The notes under the pieces: generated by a model
Seen by the model: the letters and a program-made list of their open reading frames with translations, nothing else
The model's database searches: none
Told to the model about the DNA's origin: nothing
Assembly: GCA_004022145.1 (NCBI GenBank)
Contig: RCNU01000002.1
Reading direction: 5' to 3' (one strand)
Source of the DNA: Paecilomyces variotii
Lineage: Eukaryota
DNA length: 64,000 nt
Position numbers and translations under genes: made by a program
Part shown: positions 35,297-47,704 of the stretch, piece after piece
Layout: each line of letters starts with the position of its first letter
Position numbering within the stretch: the stretch's first letter is position 1

Positions 35297-36770
35297 ATGA
35301 TGGATTTGGATCGACGCGAGATCGAGATACCGCCGGAACTAGATGGCTTCAGTGTATTGTTTCCACTGCCCTACCGGTTGGCATTGATAGTGGTTGCTGG
35401 TCCGTGGACACCCCTGACAAGCTCAGAAGGACTCTGAACGGAGCTGACCTTGTGCGTAGGCTTCTGGGGTTGGGGAGTGAATCTGCATTACTTGTCCAAA
35501 TTGAAGATCGTAAGCGCACTTCCGGAGAAGCAAGAAATAAGTCGCGTGCTAAATAGTAACGATTCAGGATGTCCCAGCCTTGATCCGATACCCTGCGCGA
35601 CAGGCCCCCAACCAAAAGCCGCATCATGTCTCCGTATACCATCTTGCGACCCTATTGACGATTCCACTCGGAGCTTCCCTTCTCCTTTTCTGGATGCTCA
35701 CACATGGCTCCATCGAACGGGTCAAGTCACTGGAATGGTTCCCTCAAATATACGTCATTATATTCCTAATCATCCTTATTCTGCCGGTCCGCCGTCTCTC
35801 TCGCTCTGGTCGGTATCGGTTCCTCATGACGCTGAAGCGTATCAGTATCGGTGGGCTGGCGCAGCCGCAGGACGGGAAGTTTGGGGATATCCTGTTGGCT
35901 GATGCTCTGACGAGCTACGCCAAAATACTGGGGGATCTTTATGTCAACTTTTGCATGCTGTTTACAGGAGGCATGTCCGCCACCGGAAAGCCCAATCGTG
36001 CTTGCGGCGGGGAGTTCGTTGTGCCTATTATCGTTGCTGTTCCCAGCTTGATCCGGTTCAGACAATGTCTAATCGAGTTTGTTCGCGTCCAGAAACAGCG
36101 GGACAGGGGAGATGGCTGGGGTGGACAGCATCTAGCTAACGCCTTGAAATATGCCTCTGCGTTTCCGGTGATTGCTTTGACGGCTTTGCAGCGCAACTAC
36201 AACCCGTTTGTCGTGGGACAGATCAGTGAAGTGCAGCTGTATCATATGTGGTAAGTGCGGGTACTGGGAGCACACTATCGATATAGTTATCCGATTTCTG
36301 ACATACGTAATAGGATCTTCTTTGCATGCATCAACTCTTTCTATTCCTTCTACTGGGACGTGACCAAGGATTGGGATCTCACTCTCTTTACCGAGGCACG
36401 GAGCGATCCCCAGCAACCATTCGCATTGCGTCGGAAAAGATGTTTCCCGACAAGTAAGATGTATTATGGCGCCATCATCATTGACTTTTTCCTTCGCTTC
36501 ACATGGACCTCAAAACTCTCCTCGAAATTCGACCACATCAATGAGACCGAGTTCGGTCTTTTCATGCTTATGTTCCTTGAAGTCGCAAGGCGTTGGATGT
36601 GGATTTTCTTCAGAGTTGAAACCGAATGGGGTAAGTAGACTATCTTATCTTGGTCTCAACTTTTTCTATCGATGGTCCTATGCTCACATTCCACAGTCAG
36701 GAGTATCCGCGGCCCCGCCCCTGACGACATTCTTCTTGGAGAGTTCAATCGGAAATTGGATGAAGACTGA
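35297..36770 (+). CDS. ERD1: EXS-family Golgi protein Erd1 (5 exons)
   Basis: FGDILLADALTSYAK, IRFRQCL, HLANALKYASAFP, NSFYSFYWDVTKDWDL and EVARRWMWIFFRVETEW. Confidence 0.92.
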
Positions 36771-37150
36771 GAGGTTTGATGACTTTGATAGCGTTTCATT
36801 CTTCTTTTGCATTTGGTTATTGCCTATTCCTATGGAGGAATCGACCCAGCATGAGCTCGAAGTCTCACCGTTTGGTGCGAGCACGTGTAACTACATGTAA
36901 CTATAATCCCGATAGACTTGTCGGTATATTTCATAACAAAGTTCCCTGATGCGGATTGTAACAACGCTCGGATACGAAATATATATAAAGCTAGATGCTA
37001 TAATTACCCCCTTTAGTTCCTTCAGGCAGGGAAAGTTCTTCCACACATCAAAATACAATCTGATTTCGAGACCATGTTGCAAATATAGCTAATTGGTTCG
37101 ATTACGATGAAATTATTAGTTGAAGTGGAACAATACGACTGCCGACGCTT

Positions 37151-37167
37151 CCCCCCCCCCCCCCCCC
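37151..37167. repeat. Poly-C homopolymer (about 17-18 nt)
   Basis: Seen directly in the sequence. Confidence 0.9.
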
Positions 37168-37937
37168 GCCGCCTTCATGACTCATGATGATTGTCATTTT
37201 GCGTGATCGACCAGAGCAGCTTCTTTAGACTTGATTCCATTTCTTGTCTGTATCTAGACACGAATAGCTTGTTTAACATACCTTCTGTGAATTGCATTGG
37301 CAATCTTTTCTTTATCCAAGGACATTTCCATCTCATAGCTTCCTGACAAGGTGTGCCTGTAGTATAAGAAATGTGTGGATTTTGATGCGTTGGTGAAATG
37401 GAGGGATGGGAATGCGGTTGATATTGAGAAGTTCGGGTTGGTGAGGAGGCCGGGTGAAGATGAGTGAGATGTATTGGAGGATTATGGGAAATGAGACACA
37501 TAAAGGGGATAATAGACATCATCCAGTGCGGAATTGACGGCCAGTGGAGAGGAGTATATATTTGTCTCTTTTTATAAACTGCAGTTCCGTGTGCAAATAA
37601 TCGTTTATTGTCGTTATTTGTCGCTATATATTCCGAGACTATGTTACTAATGAGCTCGCTATTATATGCTTGGCTGTTTGACGGAGGGGAATCATTAGAA
37701 CCTCTAATCCAAGACCATATAGAACCGCATATGTCATGATGAAAAAATAATCACCGAATATGAAACCGGAATACCAGGAGAAGCAAATTGGACCGGATAA
37801 TCTAGCACTGTACACGGCCAAGCCAATATAGAACAGAACAATCAATAAATAGTTACGCTATGGAAACTAAGTCCATTCCATCCGAAAAGTCCCAATATGT
37901 AGAAGAATGCTCGCCGTAAGATACTTTGCATTGGAAT

Positions 37938-38948
37938 TCACCTGCGCTCCATATCGGACCCCGGAGTGTGGCTGTCAAACAGATCCTCCAAGTACGTGCT
38001 AGGTGCTCTCCCTTGCGGTGGTACGTTCAGAGAAGTGGTGGAAATGTGCGCCTGAGATCCCCTATACGACCTATCATGGCCTATATGAGGTGACATGAGT
38101 GGTGACGCAGGAGGGCTCGGGGCTGATCCGGTTCGAGTGTATCCTTGAGACTGCGGTCCTAGGTTGGAAAGACCTACACTGGAACCATCGACTGCCGTAT
38201 TACTAGACGCGTAATAACCAGCTGGGAGATAATTCGAAGCTCTGTTTGCATGACCCTGCATTCCCCCACCAGCTGTAGGTGAGTAGAAGAGCCCGCTGGT
38301 TCTGGTGGATGACTTGGGTATGGGAGGAACCTGGCTGCTGCGATGGCCTGTGCCTAGCTTTTCCATGGACATGGTCGAACCAGGAGCCTGACTGTACATT
38401 GTAGATCTCCGCCTCGAGCGGCGGCGCCTCATTCTCCCGGCCAAGAGGGCTTTCTTTTCGGACCGCGCCTGGAGCCAGGCAGCCTTACGGACTGACCTGT
38501 TGACGGACCAGGCTACCATTCCACGCCATGCTAAGATAACCAGTCCGCAGAAACCCAACGCGGCACCAACGGCGATAAAGACAGTCCCTTCTGGAGCTTT
38601 CGACTTGCGCATGTACGGGGCGTTTTCAGTGGGAGGAACCGACGGAGTAGGGTAGTTGTAACTGGTCGTAGCCGCTGCTGTAGTCGACAGTGCAGGCAAA
38701 GAATTGCCCGACGTCGAACTGGCACTATCGCTAGCACTTGTACTGGTCTCTGTGCTGCTCTCACTTGAGCTGGCAGTAGTCAGCGCTGGAAGCGAGTCGC
38801 CTGTTGTCGCTGCAGCAGTGTTTGCAGCAGTCGTGGCGGCGTCATTATTGGTATCAGTCGACGCAGATACACCGGCGACCATCAAAACGAGTAGGAGACC
38901 AAGCAGAAAGGCAGGTAGGGCAGTCAGCCCGCCTCGAGAGATTCTCAT
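37938..38948 (-). CDS. Csi2-like single-pass membrane protein with a Ser/Thr-rich ectodomain
   Basis: Signal peptide, S/T-rich stalk, PSVPPTENAPYMRKSKAPEGTVFIAVGAALG TM segment and C-terminal RAPSTYLEDLF. Confidence 0.75.
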   Translation of the reverse strand: MRISRGGLTALPAFLLGLLLVLMVAGVSASTDTNNDAATTAANTAAATTGDSLPALTTASSSESSTETSTSASDSASSTSGNSLPALSTTAAATTSYNYPTPSVPPTENAPYMRKSKAPEGTVFIAVGAALGFCGLVILAWRGMVAWSVNRSVRKAAWLQARSEKKALLAGRMRRRRSRRRSTMYSQAPGSTMSMEKLGTGHRSSQVPPIPKSSTRTSGLFYSPTAGGGMQGHANRASNYLPAGYYASSNTAVDGSSVGLSNLGPQSQGYTRTGSAPSPPASPLMSPHIGHDRSYRGSQAHISTTSLNVPPQGRAPSTYLEDLFDSHTPGSDMERR

Positions 38949-39780
38949 GGCAAGTCTGATCTTCCTCGACACTCGGGGACGGCCGAAATTCGTACTGTGC
39001 TGTTTGGCTTATATTTCGATCCGCCTCCAATTCATAGAGTATTTGCAAAGTCGGGAACGACCAGAATTGAGAAGGATAGTCGTCGTAATAGGGGCCTAGA
39101 TGATCGTCGCAATGCGATATCCTCAGTCTGACCGGTGAAGCGTCCTCGAAGACAGGAAAGTCAACAAACAAGACTTTCCAGAGCCACTGCTTACACGGTG
39201 GTGGCTCACGCAAGCCAGCGACCAAGAAGAGCTAGTGGTGAGGATTCAAACAACCACCAGGCAGACTGGAGGACGACAAGAAGACATCGAGGGGTCGTCC
39301 TTGTCGGCTGTTTCTCCCTCTTTCTCCCTGTTTGTCTCGGCTGTCCCTGCCTGAGGCTGACTGCACTGCACGGACCAATAGGAGCGGCAGGATCCAGATG
39401 GGTTGTCACGTGGGAGTTATATTTAGTTTCCCCAGCGACACCAGTTGGCAAGTTTATGATCACAGTATATCCTGTCTGATTACTCTTTCTTACTGCGCTC
39501 CGAATACGTTGGATATCAGTCTCTGGATATATAGCCATACAAAGTAGCGTGATATCCTGTCGAGGAACAGTTGATCAATTCTATAAGAGGGACTAACAAG
39601 TACCTGGATGAACATAAGTTCGTGGATTGAGAACTCCCCTTTCTGGAACAGGACGAAGAGAGCATGACGGATATATAAATAGTGATAGATGGCAAAACTC
39701 CCCTGGGAAACAGAGCAAGATAGACACTGCTAGAATACAGAAACGGAGACGTTACAACTAGACAAACAACACGAATGTTG

Positions 39781-40915
39781 CTACTGCTGCTTTTTCTGCG
39801 AGTTGGGCGCAGTGTCCTTCTCGAATGCGGCATACGGGACTTGAAGACTCGTCAGGGCGCTAAAGCCGACATACAGGATAGCCAGAAAGGCGAAACCGGC
39901 GATGAGGCCCATGTAGATGCCTATGTACGGTTAGTACCAACATGAAGAAAAAAGGTAGTCAATGATGTGGTTTAGAGAAAACAGACCTGGAGTGAGGAAT
40001 TGGTACTCTTCGAAGACTGATTGACTGCCGCTGCCCTCCCGGCGGGCGTTCGAGGCATAGTCGCGTTTCAGATCCATGTGGACCGGTTCTTGGCTGTCAA
40101 CATCGGGGTGATACATGAAGGACTCCGGCTGTTCACCATCAATCAACTCGCGAGGTGAGGTGACGTAAATAACGGTGTACTTCTTCGACGAAATGCGGTC
40201 AACGATATCGGCGAGGAAGCCATCTAGAAACAGTGAGTTCATGTAATCAGAATTCCGGCTGGGCTCCGGATCACCAACCGTTATGTTGGAGCTGGTGCCG
40301 TCTGTCGGTGGCTGCCGACGGAAGCACTGGGAAGTCGACACTAATCACACGAGGACCTTTTTCAAAGCTTGACGGGTAAGAGCCAGCTGGATATCGATCA
40401 GTATATCTTGCTGGATGTAGTCGCTAGCGTAGAACAACTCACTGGAAGCGTCGATGTGCGTCGTCTGAGCACCGCACTTCTTCTCTAGTAGCTCCTGGAT
40501 GTACTTGGCATCCAGCTCGCCAGATACTTCGCTCACACTGAAGCTTGACTTGATCGCCTTATCCTTACCGGACAGCTTCTCGTATAACCGGGGTGCGGAC
40601 TTCGGCTTGGAGAAGTCGGAGACATGAACACCAGGCTGGGAGGCCATAACGTAGTAGTCAGAAGGGCAGGTGCTGAGCGCGGATGCAATTTCATCCGACA
40701 GAGACGAAGCAGTCTTAAGCTGGGCAGACGAGCCTAAAAGCCTGCAGTAGAGCTCATCGTTAGATGGTCTGTCTGAGATCTGCGGGGACGAGTATCAACA
40801 GCAACATGGGAGGCACGTACTCAGATGTCGATGCGAGGATAAAGGGCGAGGTGTCAACAAATGCATTGACAACCCCCGTCCCAAGAGTAAGCAACCCGAT
40901 CCCTCGTAGATGCAT
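39781..40915 (-). CDS. Voa1/Big1-like ER type I membrane protein (V-ATPase Ac45/S1-like), 5 exons
   Basis: Signal peptide, FVDTSPF, CPSDYYVMASQPGVHVSDF, FEEYQFLTPGIYMG TM segment, SLQVPYAAFEK and a C-terminal dilysine KKQQ*. Confidence 0.82.
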
Positions 40916-41185
40916 GTTGGCGTGTGTTGTTCCTGGAGAGGGTTCCGGGTCAAGCTGGTTGATGTCGAGGTGGTGATGATGGCCCCGAAGGCGGTCGGCC
41001 ACTTCAACCAACCACGGCGGGACTTGGCGAGATCTCACAGAAGCTCGAGCCTGCACCAGCTTTTTCCAGCGGGTCTTGAAACTTATCAGAATAATAATAT
41101 GTCCTTGTATCACGGACAATCTCAGTTCTAAAAAATTTCCCCATTGCCCTGTCTTGTGACTAGACAAGACAAAATCTCATCTATC

Positions 41186-41880
41186 ATGGGCCCACAGTTG
41201 AAAAAGCGCAAGTTGACCACTGCGGTCGAGGAAGTCACATTTGATGATACCGCGCGCCATGAATTTCTCACGGGCTTTCACAAGCGAAAGCTGCAGCGGG
41301 CAAAACATGCACAGGAGATCGCCGAGAAGAGAGCGCGAGAAGAGCGGATACAGCATCGGAAAAAGGCAGGTACAACCCCAGAGCAACTCAGGAGTCTCTT
41401 TCTAACGTCTTGCAGCTCCGTGAAGAGCGAAATGCAGAATTTCAACGGATCCTGGAGGAAAATGAGAGACAGCTGAAAAAGCTGCGGGAAGATACCGACT
41501 CTGAGTCTGAAGAAGAGTCGGATTCAAACGAGGAGGAATGGAAGGGGTTCGAAGAGCCTCCGGCGGTGGACTATGAAGCCGAATATATTGACGAGGATAA
41601 ATACACTACCGTCACAGTGGAGGAGATGGATGCTTCCAAGGAAGGCCTCTACAAAGCCGAGAAGGATGAATCGGATGAGCACAGTAGTCGCAAACGGGAT
41701 ACTGTGCCGGCTGTTACTAAGACCAATTCTGCGACGAAGAAAGCCAAGAGAGCAGGTGATGACAAACCGAAGAAGAAGAAAAAGAAGTTTCGCTATGAAA
41801 GCAAGGAAGAGCGCAAACTAGCGCGAACAAAACAGAAGATCAGCAAGAAGAGGAAGGCAGACGCTCGGAGGGACCGGTGA
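41186..41880 (+). CDS. RRP17: rRNA-processing protein Rrp17/Nop25 (2 exons; GC-AG intron 41366-41415)
   Basis: EVTFDDTARHEFLTGFHKRKLQR, YIDEDKYTTVTVEEM and KKKKFRYESKEERK. Confidence 0.92.
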
Positions 41881-42210
41881 GATGGGGCGTGTATACTCAC
41901 ACAAAGCAGCTTCCGTGCCACACTCTACGGGGTGGAGTTCAATATACCAGGGCAATTTTTCATTAATCATGCTCTCTATGTACCACCACCATATGGCTAA
42001 TACGGCGGGGGATATTGGGGAATAAGAACTAAACACATATTGATCCATACAGGGACAAGATCGAACCAGTAGGCAGATAAGGGCTTGTGTGACTAGGCTG
42101 TCTGCTAAAGAGAAGGGAAAGGGGACGACCCCGAGTCAGATGGTGGTTTGATAGGGAGACTGCATCCGGCATCTTCCAGCCCGCTAATAGCAATGTACAG
42201 GTATGCCTTT

Positions 42211-42875
42211 CTAGACGTTGCTGATGGACACCTCGAGGTCGTGCAGCTCTTTCTGTAGCTCCGCATACTTCTTCGACATCTCTTCGTACTTGCTCTCCCA
42301 CTGGTCCCGGGCAGCCTCCAGAGCCTGCACCTTGCGTTCGTAGTGACCCGCCTTGACATCGGTTTGACGCAGCCTGCACGCACTTCGTTAATACCAGGCG
42401 GGGTGATCGACAGTGATGCATGTGAACTATAGACGTACTTCTCGTTGGTCTCACGAAGGTTCTTATCCGCCTCCTCGGCCTCCTCCTCGAGCAGCTGGAG
42501 ACGTCGCTGCAGAGCCTCGTTCTGGGTGTCGTGCTGGGCACTCTGGCTGGCAGAGTCCTTGGCCTCCTTGATGCCAGTCTCGAGCTTCTCGATCTCGGCC
42601 TCCAGCAGCTGGTTTCGGTGGGTGAGGGAGGTGATCTCCTGCTCCTTTGCCAGGTTCTCCTGCTCCAGCGACTTGACCTTGTTCTTGAGCTCCTCCACCT
42701 TCGAATGGGCCTCATCCGCCTCCAGGCGGAGAGAGTTCATTTTCTGGGAGACATGTGGTCAGCCTGGGAGCCATTGCCGCGTTGACCCGTGTTGCCTCGT
42801 GGGCAAGGGTCGGGATAGTCTCCTAGGAGCTACCCCGCCATCCGATGGAGTACTCACCTCCTTGATCTTATCCAT
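42211..42875 (-). CDS. tpmA: Tropomyosin (3 exons)
   Basis: MDKIKEKMNSLRLEADEA...LQRRLQLLEEEAEEADKNLRETNEKLRQTDVKAGHYERKV...ISNV*. Confidence 0.97.
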
Positions 42876-43301
42876 GATTGCGGGGGGTATCGAAGGCACG
42901 AAACAAGAACTATGTATGGATGAAGGGAAGAGGAGTTTCAGAAGGCTTTCGCTCAGCGAGAAACCAGAAGGGCGATGGAAGAAGTGGTGAACGTGGAGTC
43001 GTTGGGTTGGAAGGAGAGCGAGTGGAGGGCGAGTTGGTTGGCGGTAAGCTGGCCGATGCACTATTGGCCTTAGTTTGAGGTTTCAGGAGCGGGCGGTGGA
43101 GAGCGACGCCAGAGCGATCGTCCCGTCTCCACGGGCAACCGCCCAAACACAAAACTGAGAGAGTATTGGTATATTGCCTCATCTATCTATCTATCTAGAA
43201 CTAACTGCGTTGCCAGCATCCTATCCTGTCGACGCGGCATAGAGATAGCAGATTCACCTTCTACCGTGGATGCTCCCTGACAACACCACGATCCCGCCGC
43301 C

Positions 43302-44700
43302 ATGCTGGCTCTACGCGACCAGGAGAACTTGGTGCACGCGCACCAGACCACCGCCGCCGCGAAGCCCTTGAATCAAGGAACTAGAGGATTACAGCCCAAG
43401 ACGCCCGGCCTGAGAAACCAGAAGACGCCATTCAAGATCCCCCTGAACGACGAGAACAATGCAGGGCTCTTTGGGAAGAAAGGGAAGGGAAATGAGAATC
43501 GCAATGAGAATACGATCAAGCCGGGCAAGGATGCCTTTGTCACCCCGCTGGGTATGTGGCAGTGATACTGGCGATCTCAGGGAATTAGACTGACGGATCC
43601 GCGATGGCAGGGCCTCGCAATCGTGCACCGCTGGGGATGAAAACTACCAATGCCAAAGCCAAAGGACTTCAGACGCCCGCACCGCCTGCGGAGTCCGCCA
43701 AGAAGACGAACAAGAGGGGTTCAACGGGTCAGAAAGCGAAGAAGGCAGCTCCGGTTGTGCAGCCAGCAAGGACAGAGCTGCTGGGCAATCTGACGGAAGA
43801 TGATATCCCCGATATCGAATATATGCCACCCAAGCCGCAAGGTAGGATCCTCGTCGACTAGCAGTTGCTCCGTTCCAAGCGTGTTAACCTGTCACAGAGT
43901 TGCCTGATTTTCCTGACGACATCACTTATGATACTACCTTCCCCCAGTTCCAAGGAAAGAATATCGCGCTCGGATGGGAGAGGGTGTACGGGAACGAGGA
44001 GGTTGGCCCGGACGGTCTGACCAAGAGGGAGCGTAAATTTCAGGAAGACTCGATCGCGTACGACAAGATGGTGGATGAAATGATCCAGAAGCAGGTGGAT
44101 GCCATGCCATTGTTGGGAATCGACGAATTCCCTGACGAGCCGTGCCTGGAAGAGATCGAGAAGCAACGAGAAGAGGAGCGTCGTGCGAAAGAGGAGGCCA
44201 GCAAGAAAAGGCACACGAGGAGTGTTTCAACCAGGAGCATTTCGACGGTGAAATCTCGCGAGGCTGCTGCAGCTCTTTCGCGCCCCTCTTCGTCTCTCTC
44301 AAAGGGAAAACCAGCTACTGCGCCGAAATCGCGGCCAACATCTGCCCTTAGCACGAGGAGCAAGAAGACTCCGGCCCCCACCAACCCATCGTCTATGCGC
44401 CATACTGCCGCTGCCGTCAGCTCCAGGACCACTGTTGGTTATTCCAAGGGCAGAAGCGTGTCGTCTTCCCTCAATGGCAAGACCGCCAAAGCCGAGACAA
44501 CCCGTCCGGCGTCGAGCAGCATCATCTCTCCAACCACGTACACGGGACTTTACGGACCTCCTCCCGTAGGCAGCGAAATGTGGATGCGCCGCAAGACTGC
44601 TGAGTACTGTGCGCCAGATGAGCCGGAGGAGGAAGTCAACGAGATTCCCCCCTTCTACGAGGAGGACGAAGAGACGCAGAACTTCCAATTGACCCTGTAA
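43302..44700 (+). CDS. Probable securin (Cut2/Pds1-like separase inhibitor), 3 exons
   Basis: N-terminal DQEN and LNDEN, D-box RAPLGMKTTN, DIEYMPP motif resembling the S. pombe Cut2 separase-binding segment, low-complexity composition. Confidence 0.65.
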
Positions 44701-45336
44701 TAATCATTGATGTGCGACAATTGCAGAATGGGTGTTTCGGGGTATGGCCTGTCTTGGACGATATGTTTCATTAGGTATACAGTATTGGGTGGACATGGTA
44801 TTTTTTATTGCATCGAGCTTCCTGGGGTGCTCCGGGCGTTTACTGAGCAAGAGCAAGATGTCACTGGCGTTCCTGGAGGCTACAGGAAATAGCAACCTTG
44901 GGTCCAGCAAGGTAGATATCAACAGGGCGAATAAATGATAGCATGTATCAAGCTACAAACAAAGCTTTCCCACGGAATCAGTCTCTTGGCGTGCCATAGA
45001 AATCGAACATCTGGTCTGAACCACGTAAGCGGAAGTTGATACTGCGGATCGCGATGTTTCAGGGTCCACCAGCTAGCTGTAGCTGGATTCAAAGTCCACT
45101 ACAACAATTCTGAACTAGCGGCACAAGAGCCCATCCCGATCGATAATCATCAAATGCTGATCCGCCGTGTTGCGGTGTGCTTGTGAATTGAACGAGCCGG
45201 CAAGTTTAGCTCAACGCCCCCTAGCGCGCCCACCATCGACTTCCCCAAAACCACCTGTTCTTCTCGCCGTCCCTGATAGCAACTCCCTGTCAGGCTCTCA
45301 ATTCTCCTCTGACAGCCCTCAATTCGCCTTTCCATC

Positions 45337-47128
45337 ATGGCGAGAACCCACTCAGAGTCCTCTGAGGACTTCGAGTTCATCGAGACTCCTGCTGCTCCCA
45401 TGCCTACCGCTCCGCCGGAGGATTGTGGTGTGCGAACGACGGCGGTAAGCTCTACCTCGGGGGAAAACAATGGAGCTGCTACGATCTACGATCAGCGCTC
45501 CAGCCTTCCATCAATGCCATTGCTGACGCATAGTAATACTTTCTAGTATCCCGCAATCAAGAATGCTCCTCTTCCTGCGGACGCTGCGGGCAGCGACAGC
45601 TTCTCCAATGTCCTCCTGATCTCTCTGCTCATCGGTGTTCCGTGGTACCTGGCCCGCCAGGTGCGCGGAGGTTTCTATACTACCATCTTCTTCGCCATCT
45701 TCACTACGATCCCGATCTTGATGGTCTTCTGGACTGTTGCTTCTTCGATCTCCCCGCGAAAGAATGAAAAGGCCAAGTACCCGGGTCGTCCTGTCGAGTA
45801 CTATCTCCACTTCCACAGCGCCCATGACCGCGCCAAGTACCATGGCAAGAGCAAGATCCCCATGGAAACCTTCTACGAGAAGTATTTCGCTGGCGAGGTC
45901 GATTTCAAGGGCGATGCTCTCGACTGCCTCGAGTACAGACACGACTGGGCTAGCTTCCGCTTCACCATGGGCCTGTACAAGCACTTCCTGACAGGTTTCA
46001 TTCCCGAGATGCTGATGCACACCCGGTCACAAGGTACCGCTTGCCAACCCACGTCCTTTCTGCACTGTACTGATGCTTCCTAGATGAGGAGCAGGTCCGC
46101 GACCACTATGACCGTGGTGATGACTTCTACGCTTGGTTCCTGGGACCCCGCATGATCTACACTTCTGGTATTATCAGTGATATCAACAAGGAGGAGACCC
46201 TCGAGCAATTGCAGGACAACAAGCTGGCCGTCGTATGTGAGAAGATTGGACTCAAACCTGGAGACACCATGCTTGATCTTGGCTGTGGTTGGGGTACTCT
46301 GGCCAAGTATGCTTCCGTCCACTACGGCGCTCACGTCACTGGTATCACTCTGGGTCGCAACCAGACTGCTTGGGGTAACAACGGACTGCGCAAGGCTGGC
46401 ATCGACGAGTCTCAGAGTCGTATCCTCTGCATGGACTACCGTGACGCTCCCTATATCCCCGGTGGCTACAAGAAGATTACGTGTCTCGAGATGGCGGAGC
46501 ACGTTGGTGTTCGTCACTTTAGCACATTCTTGTCTCAGGTGTACGACATGCTTGACGACGATGGTGTTTTCTTCCTCCAGATCGCCGGTCTGCGTAAGTC
46601 GTGGCAGTATGAGGATCTGATCTGGGGCCTGTTCATGAACAAGTACATCTTCCCCGGTGCCGACGCTAGCACTCCTCTTGGATTTGTTGTCGACAGCCTG
46701 GAGGGTTCTGGATTTGAGATCAAGGGTATCGACACCATTGGTGTGCACTACTCCGCCACTCTCTGGCGCTGGTACCGCAACTGGCTGGGCAACCGTGACA
46801 AAGTCGAGGCTAAGTACGGCAAGAGATGGTTCAGGGTAGGTTTTTAAGTCAAGATCCCCCAAGCATCATTTTGAATAGTCGACTGACATATTATTCACAG
46901 ATCTGGGAATACTTCCTGGCTTCCTCCACCATCATCTCCCGCCAGGGCTCTGCCACCTGCTGGCAGCTCACTCTCGTCAAGAACATCAACTCTACTCACC
47001 GCATTGAGGGCATCAACACCCAGTTCGCCCTCGCCGGTGCTCGCGAGTCCGCTATTCAGCGCGTTGGCCACGGTGTTGTTCCCAGCGCCAACATCCCTCC
47101 TGCTGCCGTCCCCGGCAAGGAGGAGTAA
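45337..47128 (+). CDS. Sphingolipid C9-methyltransferase (cyclopropane fatty acid synthase-like), 4 exons
   Basis: Two N-terminal TM segments, QVRDHYDRGDDFYAWFLGPRMIYTSG, LDLGCGWG (SAM binding), CLEMAEHVG and KYIFPG. Confidence 0.93.
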
Positions 47129-47704
47129 ATGCGTCCACCAAGCCCTTTTCTAGTTCATGATCCATCTAGCAGCTAAATGGGTTTGTGTTCTACAGGGGGA
47201 AATACATACAGGAACTTCGAGTTTCCTTGGTGCGCACAAGGCATGTGTCACACGATCAAAAAGGAGGGTTTTATACTGATTTTCCTGTTCTCACGAACAT
47301 GTATGGAAGATTGATGTACGCTGTATGCTCTATGTATTGTAGTGGGGTTCGTGGTAGGGCCTATTTCCTGTTCAGCGAAAAGATGGTCTCCCTAAGTATA
47401 TTATGCTAGTCTGTGTGGGTTTCGACATGACTCTGACGACCAAAAGAGGAAAAAGAAGCATATAGAAATGTGTTCATTCTTCTTAAGTCCAGCTTATTCA
47501 ATTTAAATATACGACCGTTGAAACACAGTCGAACTATTATAACTACTGCCTGGTAACTAGACATCTCGCTTCAGCTTCTGGGAAAGCATCGCGAAAGGTA
47601 AGGCTCAAGAAAGAAAGGGAAAATCGAGACAGAGAGGGAGAGATCAAAAATAAAACCCTAACCCATCCACCTCCAGAACAAAAACAAAAGGCCGTCTATG
47701 AATA

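Noticed and set aside
37185-37346. ATGATGA...CTGA as a box C/D snoRNA
   Set aside because: No terminal stem and no recognisable rRNA guide.
8542-44700. Co-location of cell-cycle and cytoskeleton genes (kinase, CDC6, RhoGAP, tropomyosin, securin) as a functional cluster
   Set aside because: They are interspersed with unrelated housekeeping genes, and nothing beyond chance synteny is visible.
47654-47664. AACCCTAACCC telomere-like motif
   Set aside because: Fewer than two repeats in a C/A-rich intergenic stretch; consistent with chance.
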